Source of the DNA: a virus
IMG/VR virus record: IMGVR_UViG_3300027906_000002
Span: 115,403-179,402 of that record
DNA length: 64,000 bases
Direction: 5' to 3' (one strand)
Both the position numbers and the translations under genes were made by a program. Shown one piece after another: positions 46,207 to 54,058 of this stretch. The notes under the pieces were generated by a model. That model ran no database searches. It was not told the origin of the DNA and saw nothing but the letters and a program-made list of their open reading frames with translations. How positions within the stretch are numbered: position 1 is the stretch's first letter; each line of letters begins with the position of its first letter.

Positions 46207-47030
46207 AATCATTGAAAACCCCTCTTCGTTATCCTGGTGGTAAGTCACGTGCTATCACAAAGATGGCACATTACTTACCAGAGATGAGTATGTACAATGA
46301 GTACAGAGAACCTTTTCTTGGAGGTGGTTCTGTTGCTCTATACATGACAAAGCAGTTCCCTCATTTGAAAGTGTGGGTGAATGATTTATATAAACCTTTG
46401 GCAAACTTTTGGCAAACCCTACAACATGAAGGAGATGAAATTACGACCAGGCTCAGAACTTTTAAAACAGCATACTCAACACCAGAAAAAGCAAAAGACC
46501 TTTTTTTGGAAAGTAAAGAATTGGTTAACGATGCCTCAGCCAGTGTCATTACCCGTGCTGTTAGTTTTTATATTGTTAATAAGTGTTCTTTCTCTGGTCT
46601 CACCGAATCGAGTTCCTTCTCCAAACAAGCCAGTGAATCCAACTTCAGTCTTCGAGGTATAGAAAAGTTACCAGAGTATTCTAAGTTGATAGAGAATTGG
46701 AAGATAACTAATCTTTCTTATGAAGAGTTGAAAACTGATAATAAGAATATCTTTACCTATTTCGATCCTCCTTATGAGATTGGAATACCTATCTATGGTA
46801 AGAGGGGTGATATGCATAAGTATTTTGATCATGATAAGTTTGCATCAGATTGTGATGGACAGACTAACCATCAGATGATATCATATAATAGTACTCAGGT
46901 CATACGAAATAGATTTAAAAATTGGTATGCTTCTGAGTTTGATTTGACATATAGTATGCGTTCTACAGGTGACTATATGAAAGAGCAAGCAGAACGTAAA
47001 GAACTTGTGTTAACTAACTATGCCATATGA
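46203..47030 (+). CDS. dam: DNA adenine methyltransferase (D12 class)
   Basis: LRYPGGKS; EPFLGGGSV; NDL; DPPY. Confidence 0.93.
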   Translation: MKSLKTPLRYPGGKSRAITKMAHYLPEMSMYNEYREPFLGGGSVALYMTKQFPHLKVWVNDLYKPLANFWQTLQHEGDEITTRLRTFKTAYSTPEKAKDLFLESKELVNDASASVITRAVSFYIVNKCSFSGLTESSSFSKQASESNFSLRGIEKLPEYSKLIENWKITNLSYEELKTDNKNIFTYFDPPYEIGIPIYGKRGDMHKYFDHDKFASDCDGQTNHQMISYNSTQVIRNRFKNWYASEFDLTYSMRSTGDYMKEQAERKELVLTNYAI

Positions 47031-47418
47031 TGATCGTTATCCTTTAAAGGATTACTTGAATAGTATTAATTTTAACAAGGAAGATCTTATGCAAGATGAT
47101 CCTGGTTGGGAAAAGAACTACTCTCCTTATGTCATTAACAAATGTCTGTCACACCATATGGACACACTAGCATTTGCTAATGAGATGAATTGTTATCCTA
47201 ACTTGGATAAGAAATTACAATATTCTTTTTATCTAAATACAGTGAGACCGAAGAAGAGATTCTCTCCTTGGGGCAAAAAAGAAAAAGTGAAAGATCTTGA
47301 CCTTGTGAAAAAATACTATGGTTATAGTAATGAAAAAGCAATTCAAGCCTTAAGGATCTTAACTCCAAAACAACTAGATTACATTAAAGAAAAACTGAAT
47401 AAAGGAGGTAAGAAATGA
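47020..47418 (+). CDS. gp62: Clamp loader small subunit gp62
   Basis: LKDYLNSIN; YVINKCLS; ANEMN; YYGYSNEKA. Confidence 0.92.
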   Translation: MPYDDRYPLKDYLNSINFNKEDLMQDDPGWEKNYSPYVINKCLSHHMDTLAFANEMNCYPNLDKKLQYSFYLNTVRPKKRFSPWGKKEKVKDLDLVKKYYGYSNEKAIQALRILTPKQLDYIKEKLNKGGKK

Positions 47419-47840
47419 ATGAAGTCGAAGTCCAATGGACCAAAGACGACATGGTGGAGGTGAGTTTGAAAGAACCAGACGATTTTCTGAAGGTTCGTGA
47501 AACTCTTACTCGCATAGGTGTTGCTTCTCGTAAGGAAAAGAAATTATACCAATCGTGTCACATCCTTCATAAGAAGGGACAGTATTACATAGTACATTTT
47601 AAAGAACTGTTTGCTTTAGATGGTAAGAAAGCAAACTTATCTGAGAATGATTTGCAGAGACGGAATAGAATTATAAAACTATTATCTGATTGGGGATTAG
47701 TTAACGTTGTTAAAGAATCTACTATTACTGATGCAGCACCACTTAGTCAGATAAAGGTTATTGCATACAAAGAGAAGAGTGAATGGACTCTTGAATCTAA
47801 GTATAATATTGGTAAGAAGAAGCAACCTACAACTTTATAA
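47415..47840 (+). CDS. regA: Translational repressor RegA
   Basis: DDFLKVRETLTRIG; LYQSCHILHK; YYIVHFKELF. Confidence 0.97.
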   Translation: MNEVEVQWTKDDMVEVSLKEPDDFLKVRETLTRIGVASRKEKKLYQSCHILHKKGQYYIVHFKELFALDGKKANLSENDLQRRNRIIKLLSDWGLVNVVKESTITDAAPLSQIKVIAYKEKSEWTLESKYNIGKKKQPTTL

Positions 47841-47864
47841 ATAGGGCCAGTTAGAATTACTTTC

Positions 47865-48341
47865 ATGGCTGAAGAGATTAAAGATGATGTAGTAGAGGAG
47901 GTAGTAGAGGAGAAGAAGAAAGGTTTCTTTGGTAAAGCAAAGGCTGCTATTCTTCCCGATGCTGACGAACAAGCTGCTATCATCAGCACAATGGTCAGAA
48001 TTACCGTCCTTGCCTGGTCGGGTGGAATATTGACTCTTAATTATGTTGCCATACCAGGAGTACCACAACAAAAAATAGATCCAACTTTTATAGCGTCGGT
48101 GTTTACTGGGGTTTTAGCTAGCTTTGGGATTCAGACTGCTTCTAAGAAGGGTGATGGTACTATGAAGATGGATAAGAACGGCAATGCTGTCAATGGTAAT
48201 GGCACTCCACCTGTCACTGCAAAGGATATTGAAGCTATCATAGCAAAGGCTGGTCCTACTCAGACTATTCGTATTGAACAAGCACCTCTCAAAATAATAG
48301 GTGTATCCGATACAGATAACAAAGAACCATATAAATTATAG
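47865..48341 (+). CDS. Hypothetical membrane protein
   Basis: Two TM segments (LAWSGGILTLNY; FIASVFTGVLASFGI); TATAAATA at 47836. Confidence 0.7.
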   Translation: MAEEIKDDVVEEVVEEKKKGFFGKAKAAILPDADEQAAIISTMVRITVLAWSGGILTLNYVAIPGVPQQKIDPTFIASVFTGVLASFGIQTASKKGDGTMKMDKNGNAVNGNGTPPVTAKDIEAIIAKAGPTQTIRIEQAPLKIIGVSDTDNKEPYKL

Positions 48342-48351
48342 GAGAAAAACT

Positions 48352-48627
48352 ATGTGTCAGAAAATTGTAAATGGAATTGCTATTGCATCTGGTGTTGTAT
48401 CTATCGCCTTGGTTGGTACTGTTGGGGTTGTATACCTCAACAAGGATGCTATTATCGATAACATCAAAAAGCAAGCGATTGAAGCAGTAACAGGAGGTAT
48501 GGGTGGTGCTCTAGGTGGTGGTGCTCTTACAGGAGACATAGGTCTTCCTGGAGATACTGCTGATGCTGGTGCTCCAGGTACTAGTGGTCAGAGTATGGGA
48601 CTTCCTGTTCCAGGATCACCGTTCTAA
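48352..48627 (+). CDS. Hypothetical membrane-anchored protein
   Basis: SD AGGAG; MCQKIVNGIAIASGVVS; N-terminal TM helix, Gly-rich tail. Confidence 0.7.
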   Translation: MCQKIVNGIAIASGVVSIALVGTVGVVYLNKDAIIDNIKKQAIEAVTGGMGGALGGGALTGDIGLPGDTADAGAPGTSGQSMGLPVPGSPF

Positions 48628-48884
48628 TGGACTTTCAAAAGATTGCATCTACTGGAACCGCAGTAGTTGTAGTCGGTACTGGTGCAGTTGTTGGTGGCAA
48701 TCAAGCCATTGACAACTATACTGGTGGTCCTCAGAAAAGACAAGACGCAAAGACAGAAGAGATCAGACAGATAGTGGCTGAAGAAGTATACTATCAATTG
48801 ATTAAAGCATATCCTAAGACTACTGGACCTGTTAAGGGTATGGTTAAGAAACCCATAGATTATAAAAAGGAGATACCTAAATGA
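48627..48884 (+). CDS. Hypothetical membrane-anchored protein
   Basis: TAATG coupling; N-terminal hydrophobic Gly/Val segment. Confidence 0.65.
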   Translation: MDFQKIASTGTAVVVVGTGAVVGGNQAIDNYTGGPQKRQDAKTEEIRQIVAEEVYYQLIKAYPKTTGPVKGMVKKPIDYKKEIPK

Positions 48885-49084
48885 TTAACTTATTAGCAGC
48901 CGCTTCACTGGATCTTAATGAAGCATGGAACCTGTCATGGGGTGAAGGCATTCAATTTATTATTGTACTTGCCTTTGTATATTGGTTGAAGGTAAAGATA
49001 GACACACGTGCTGGTCTAGGTAAGAAGAAATTGAGACAGTTGAAGACTGTAATAAAAGAAGCTATTGAAGAAACTAAAGGTTAA
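48881..49084 (+). CDS. Small membrane hypothetical protein
   Basis: One TM helix, basic C-terminus. Confidence 0.6.
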   Translation: MINLLAAASLDLNEAWNLSWGEGIQFIIVLAFVYWLKVKIDTRAGLGKKKLRQLKTVIKEAIEETKG

Positions 49085-49098
49085 ATGGATACTTACTT

Positions 49099-49995
49099 AT
49101 GGATCCTATTCGTGACATACCTAATATTACTACTAGTGGACTTGGTATTCCTAACATCACTATTCGGCAACAATCAATCAATATTGGTGGGATTTGGGTA
49201 AGGAAACCTCAAATAAGAGAGATAGGAATTGGTACTATAGCTGATAGAAGTTGGATGATGAATTCTCCAACTGCTACACCACCAGATGTTCCTGTTACTC
49301 AAAGGGTAGGTACACCTATTGTTAATATGCCTGGTTGTGTTAAGGTTCATAAGGAGAACGCAAAGAATCCAACCAACAAGAATAAGATGTTGGTTAATGA
49401 TGACCCTAAGCAGAACGTGGTGTTATGTGATGCTGGTATGCCTTACTATCAACCACCCGAATATGATTATAGAGAATTAAGTTGGCAGACAATTAACCCA
49501 AATGAAGAGGAAGTTGATGAAGGTGTTGATACTGGAGATGAAGTTCCTCCACCAGATCTAGACACTCCAGAACCTCCTGTAACACCTCCTACAGGAAGTA
49601 AGGAGATAGAATGCCCTGAACCTAATGCACAGAGGATTGGAGACCTATCTCAGAGTGGTAAGGAGAGAGTTAAAGGATATAAGTTAAGTGTCGATAAAAA
49701 AATATGCATAAAAGAATGGGAGGATGTTCCTTTCGTGGACGCATACCTCCCAAGTGCTAGTATTGTAACTACTACGGCTGGGATTGCAGCAGTGGCGACG
49801 ACATCAGCCCTACTTGCCAAACCCCTAGCAGACTTGCTCCTGAAGGTTGTGAAGCCTGTGATAAAGAAAGTGATTGGGAAGGTGAAGGAGAAGTTAGGGA
49901 AGAAACCTCCTGTTCTGTCGAAGAGGGAACGACTTCTGAAGCAGAAGGAGGCGAATGCTGCTGTGAAGGCTGCTCGGATGTTGAAGGGGGGTTAA
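49099..49995 (+). CDS. Pro-rich hypothetical protein with C-terminal hydrophobic anchor
   Basis: Cys pairs (PGCV, VLCD, ECP, ICI); TAGIAAVATTSALLAKPL segment. Confidence 0.7.
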   Translation: MDPIRDIPNITTSGLGIPNITIRQQSINIGGIWVRKPQIREIGIGTIADRSWMMNSPTATPPDVPVTQRVGTPIVNMPGCVKVHKENAKNPTNKNKMLVNDDPKQNVVLCDAGMPYYQPPEYDYRELSWQTINPNEEEVDEGVDTGDEVPPPDLDTPEPPVTPPTGSKEIECPEPNAQRIGDLSQSGKERVKGYKLSVDKKICIKEWEDVPFVDAYLPSASIVTTTAGIAAVATTSALLAKPLADLLLKVVKPVIKKVIGKVKEKLGKKPPVLSKRERLLKQKEANAAVKAARMLKGG

Positions 49996-50835
49996 ACTGA
50001 GGATCTGGTAATACGTGTGTGTGCGGTAGTATCTTTCCACCTGGAGTTGTTACTACTACATCAGCACATACAGATGCATAGGGTGATTTGGGGTGGAACA
50101 TTATTCCAGCCTTCATCAATTCACCACAATTTTTAAGTCTTGCGATCTCAAAGTCTAATCTTTTGTTGGCAGTTAACTGAGTCTGCATTGTTATCTGAGC
50201 ATTTGCTGCTTCATGACATTGCCGTTGGAATTTTCTATTCAGTGGTATTGATAGTGTTGCAGATATACCAGCATTAAAGGACTGGTTTGCTTTCATATCA
50301 GTACGGATAGGTTTCATCCATGTAGGTGTCATAGTACCACCACTATTAACTATGTCAGGTACACCATCTGCACCATCAACGTCTATTTCTATTTGTATAT
50401 CTTCTCCATCAGGGAACCATCTAGTTCCATCTGCTTTAGTACGATCATCATACCATTCTTCCCAAGGATAGTTCTTTACAGTGACTGTTTGTTTAGTTGT
50501 CTTTCCTGAGACATCAGTCATATTGTACTGTGGCTCATCATAGAAGTCCTCCCAAGGGTCTTTACGTGAATCAGCAAACTGTATATAGGGAGTGAGGTTG
50601 AACGTACTACCTTGACATGACACACCACCACCGTAGGTGTTAGTCACGTATGGACCTTGTAAAACTTGTATTGCCTGGTTCGTTACTGAGCCCGAACTGT
50701 TGGCGATTGGATTAGCAGTAGCACTTACACCACCAACACCTTCTGCTAAGGCTTTCATTGGTAGTAAAGAATTAAGTACGAGACCCGTTGCTATTACTGG
50801 GTAAAGGTACTTGTTGTGTCTGTTACCGATTGTAT
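49772..50835 (-). CDS. Secreted hypothetical protein; start codon uncertain
   Basis: Signal-peptide-like RHNKYLYPVIATGLVLNSLLPMKALA; core SATANPIANSSGSVTNQAIQV...LDFEIARLKNCGEL. Confidence 0.7.
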
Positions 50836-51315
50836 GCTTGTTACTCTTTGTATTATTGTTTGGTTGGTTAGCCCTGGTCCTTGATAACTCTGTACGAATT
50901 GAAATGCCTCGCCTGGAGTTGTTATTGTGAAGGTTGGAGACGTTGAGAAGTCCAATGAGTCGTAGGAACTTGTTACGTTTCCTGTTATGGATGCTCCGTT
51001 GGTTCCCGTTGCCGAGCCCACGCTTGGTGTCACTGTCACCGTTGATGTGTTCACGTTGGGGTTGAGTGCGTTTCCGTCTGCCGAAATGCCTACCCCACTC
51101 ACTGTGTATTCCCATCCTGTCCTATAATCAATTGAGTTTATTGTCTCCGTGACTGTGCTTTCAGTCTCGGTATGACTCGTCATCGAGCCCTGCTGGAAGT
51201 TCGGGACCACAGGGACCGCCAGGACAGGTACAGCATTTACAAGTGCACCAACCGCAGCGATCACATATGGGGCAATCATCCACCTCATCTTTTTTAAACC
51301 AAGAGATGATAACAT
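50794..51315 (-). CDS. Secreted Thr/Ser-rich hypothetical protein
   Basis: Signal peptide ending AVPVLA; mature VPVVPNFQQGSMTS... Confidence 0.75.
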   Translation of the reverse strand: MLSSLGLKKMRWMIAPYVIAAVGALVNAVPVLAVPVVPNFQQGSMTSHTETESTVTETINSIDYRTGWEYTVSGVGISADGNALNPNVNTSTVTVTPSVGSATGTNGASITGNVTSSYDSLDFSTSPTFTITTPGEAFQFVQSYQGPGLTNQTIIQRVTSIQSVTDTTSTFTQ

Positions 51316-51327
51316 TATGTAGCATCC

Positions 51328-51855
51328 CTAGCGTATGGTCACTTCTGTGACAAATTGTCCCGTAGCCGAAGTTCCAGCTCCACCAGCTGTTAACGTCATA
51401 GCACCTGACGACAATATAGTTCCTGCAAGGCTTCCTGCACTTCCTGGTCCTGTCGATACTATGTTGGAGTAACCTTGCACATCACCTACATCAGCAGCAG
51501 TAGTGACTATACTGTCACCTAACGACACTGATTGTGTAAATGAGTATGCATTTCCTTGAGTTGTCTGTGCTGCATCAGGTAGAGCAAAAGTTGCTGCACC
51601 AGAAGTTGCCACAGATTGAATGCCACCTAGATCACTAGTAGCACTACCACCTGAAGGAGTAATAGTTGTAGATACACCAGACCCACTGGTGCTGTATGAA
51701 TTAGCTGCTCTTGAAACCTGTGTGTAACCAGCATCTACTTGCAGTTGAGTTGAACTACTAAGTCTATGTGTAAGGTCTGCTTTTGCAGGGGATACAGCAA
51801 TACCACTCATCATAAGCATAATAATAGGTAGTAATTTCTTCATTCCTTTTGACAC
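51328..51855 (-). CDS. Secreted beta-rich hypothetical protein
   Basis: Signal peptide MKKLLPIIMLMMSGIAVSPAKA; ends GQFVTEVTIR. Confidence 0.75.
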   Translation of the reverse strand: MSKGMKKLLPIIMLMMSGIAVSPAKADLTHRLSSSTQLQVDAGYTQVSRAANSYSTSGSGVSTTITPSGGSATSDLGGIQSVATSGAATFALPDAAQTTQGNAYSFTQSVSLGDSIVTTAADVGDVQGYSNIVSTGPGSAGSLAGTILSSGAMTLTAGGAGTSATGQFVTEVTIR

Positions 51856-51936
51856 TGTTACCTAGATCTATATAGGTGTTTATAACCCCCCAAATTATAC
51901 GGTACTGCACACTTCATAAAATCTTAAGATGGTGAT

Positions 51937-51994
51937 TAAATAGTAGTGTCGCCTTATAGGGACACAATTTACACTCGCTTATTAAAGGAGAATT
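51937..51994 (+). promoter_or_regulatory. Late promoter plus structured 5' leader of hsp20 (ROSE-like)
   Basis: TAAATA at 51937; hairpin GTGTC(G)CCT-TAT-AGGGACAC; hairpin CTC(G)CTT-ATTA-AAGGAG sequestering the SD. Confidence 0.6.
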
Positions 51995-52435
51995 ATGACT
52001 AACATTCAAAGGTATCATGCAGCCGATCTTCCAGAATTAATGGATAAGATCACTAAAAACAGTATTGGATTAGATGATTATTTCAATGACTTTTTTAAAC
52101 TCAATACAACATCTAACTACCCACCCTTCAATTTAGTACAACTAAATAATCATGAATCGAAATTGGAGGTAGCACTTGCGGGCTTTAAGAAAGATGAAGT
52201 TAAAGTCTATACAGAGTTTGGAAAACTACATGTGGAAGGCATCAAAGAAGAAAAGGAAACAGATGCAGAGTATACACACAGGGGCTTGGCACAACGTTCA
52301 TTCAAACGCTCTTGGCAACTCAGCGATGATTGCGAAGTACGACAGGTCGTATTTGCCGATGGACTCCTCACCGTGGATTTAGGAAAGATAGTTCCTGAAA
52401 AGCATGCTCGTAAGGATTACTTGACAGACGATTAA
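51995..52435 (+). CDS. hsp20: Small heat-shock protein (Hsp20/IbpA family)
   Basis: SNYPPFNL; EVALAGF; YTHRGLAQRSFKRSW; DGLLTV. Confidence 0.95.
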   Translation: MTNIQRYHAADLPELMDKITKNSIGLDDYFNDFFKLNTTSNYPPFNLVQLNNHESKLEVALAGFKKDEVKVYTEFGKLHVEGIKEEKETDAEYTHRGLAQRSFKRSWQLSDDCEVRQVVFADGLLTVDLGKIVPEKHARKDYLTDD

Positions 52436-52449
52436 GATTGGATTAAACT
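52420..52449 (+). promoter_or_regulatory. Putative Pho box upstream of pstS
   Basis: CTTGACAG-acg-ATTAAGAT-tgg-ATTAAACT: three 8-mers at 11-bp spacing resembling the cyanobacterial YTTAAYYW repeats. Confidence 0.5.
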
Positions 52450-52481
52450 GCTCTATATAAAGAGCCCTTAAGCGGATCCTA

Positions 52482-53444
52482 ATGAAAAGGCTTATCGCAT
52501 TAGCAGCACTTGCTGCCCTAGTACCTGGTTGTGCAGAAGCACGAACAAGACTTAGTGGAGCAGGTGCTTCTTTTCCGTCTAAAATATACAGTAGATGGTT
52601 TTCTGACTACGCAAAGTCAGGTGGTAACAGAGTAAACTATCAAGCAGTTGGTAGTGGTTCAGGTCGAAAAGCATTCTTAGATGAGACAGTGGACTTCGGA
52701 GCATCCGATGATCCTATGAAGCAAGGTGATATTGCTAAAGCAAAACGAGGACTAGTCCAGATACCTATGACTGGAGGCACGATTGCTTTCGGTTATAATA
52801 TGCCTGGTTGTGATTTGAAACTTACACAAGAGCAAGCAGTTCAAGTTGCTATTGGTGAGATAAACAACTGGTCACAGGTAGGATGTGATGACCAAGCAAT
52901 GACTTGGGTATATAGATCTGATGGGTCTGGTACTACTGCTGCATTTACAAACTCAATGCAAGCATTCAGTAAGAAGTGGAAACTGGGTGTAGGTAAGTCT
53001 GTTGCTTGGCCAGTGGGCATAGGTAACAAAGGTAATGCTGGTGTTGCTGGTAATATCAGAAACCAAGTAGGTGCTATCGGTTATGTAAATCAATCTTATG
53101 TTAAAGGTGAAGTCAGAGCTGCTGCTCTTCAGAATAAATCTGGTGAGTTCATTACACCATCAGTTGAGTCGGGTTCTGTGGCACTCAATGGTATTACACT
53201 CGATGAGAACCTCGCAGGGACAGACCCTAACCCTACAGCAGAAGGTGCTTACCCCATTGCTACGCTTACATGGGTACTTGCTTATGAAACTGGTAATGGT
53301 AACAAGACTGAAGCAGTAAAAGAAACCTTTAGAACGTTACTTAGTGATGAGTATCAAGAGAAGGCATCTGTCTTAGGTTATATACCATTGAGAGGTGACA
53401 TCCTTGAGAAGTCTCGTGCTGCTGTGGAGAGAATTGGTAACTAA
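52482..53444 (+). CDS. pstS: Phosphate ABC transporter substrate-binding protein
   Basis: GAGASFP; YQAVGSGSG; DFGASD; RSDGSGTT; AIGYV; YPIATLTW. Confidence 0.96.
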   Translation: MKRLIALAALAALVPGCAEARTRLSGAGASFPSKIYSRWFSDYAKSGGNRVNYQAVGSGSGRKAFLDETVDFGASDDPMKQGDIAKAKRGLVQIPMTGGTIAFGYNMPGCDLKLTQEQAVQVAIGEINNWSQVGCDDQAMTWVYRSDGSGTTAAFTNSMQAFSKKWKLGVGKSVAWPVGIGNKGNAGVAGNIRNQVGAIGYVNQSYVKGEVRAAALQNKSGEFITPSVESGSVALNGITLDENLAGTDPNPTAEGAYPIATLTWVLAYETGNGNKTEAVKETFRTLLSDEYQEKASVLGYIPLRGDILEKSRAAVERIGN

Positions 53445-54058
53445 TGTCTGCACCTACATTAACTGATCTGATATATCTAAAGAAAAACTATTTGACTAAG
53501 GATCAGTGTGAAATTATTATTAATGAATTTGAGGCAAGCTCACAAAAACCTGATCAGGAACATTGTGGGCATGCCTTTAATAATTTGGATGTATACTCTA
53601 CCTTTAAAGTTAAGGAGTCTAAGGTAGGTACTGATAGTTTTAATATAATACATCAGACTATTGAGAATATGATTAATGAGTATCATGATTACCTTGATAC
53701 CTTTAATGCATTTCATGTTGCTAGGAGAGGTAGTATGTTACATCCTCATAAGTATCGTCTTATGAGATATGATAAAGGTGCTTGGATACATCCTCATATA
53801 GATCATGATGTTACCATATATGGTAGTTGTACTATCAATTTAAATGATGAGTATGAAGGTGGTGACTTTGCGTTCTGGGGTGGTAAGCATAAATTGAAAT
53901 TAGGATTAGGTGATGTGATGATCTGGCCAGCAGATTTCTTTTGGGTGCATGAGGTAGAAGAAATAACAGATGGTACTAGGTACTCTGCAAATACTTTTTT
54001 ATGTTCTACACCAAAAACATTACCTGAAACTGTAAGATATAATGTGAGGGGTGTATGA
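53444..54058 (+). CDS. 2OG-Fe(II) oxygenase (P4H-like)
   Basis: HID; INLNDEYEGG; WVHEV; RYS. Confidence 0.88.
   Translation: MSAPTLTDLIYLKKNYLTKDQCEIIINEFEASSQKPDQEHCGHAFNNLDVYSTFKVKESKVGTDSFNIIHQTIENMINEYHDYLDTFNAFHVARRGSMLHPHKYRLMRYDKGAWIHPHIDHDVTIYGSCTINLNDEYEGGDFAFWGGKHKLKLGLGDVMIWPADFFWVHEVEEITDGTRYSANTFLCSTPKTLPETVRYNVRGV

Noticed and set aside
46203-47030. dam as part of a restriction-modification or defence system
   Set aside because: It is an orphan methylase in the usual replication-module position, with no adjacent nuclease
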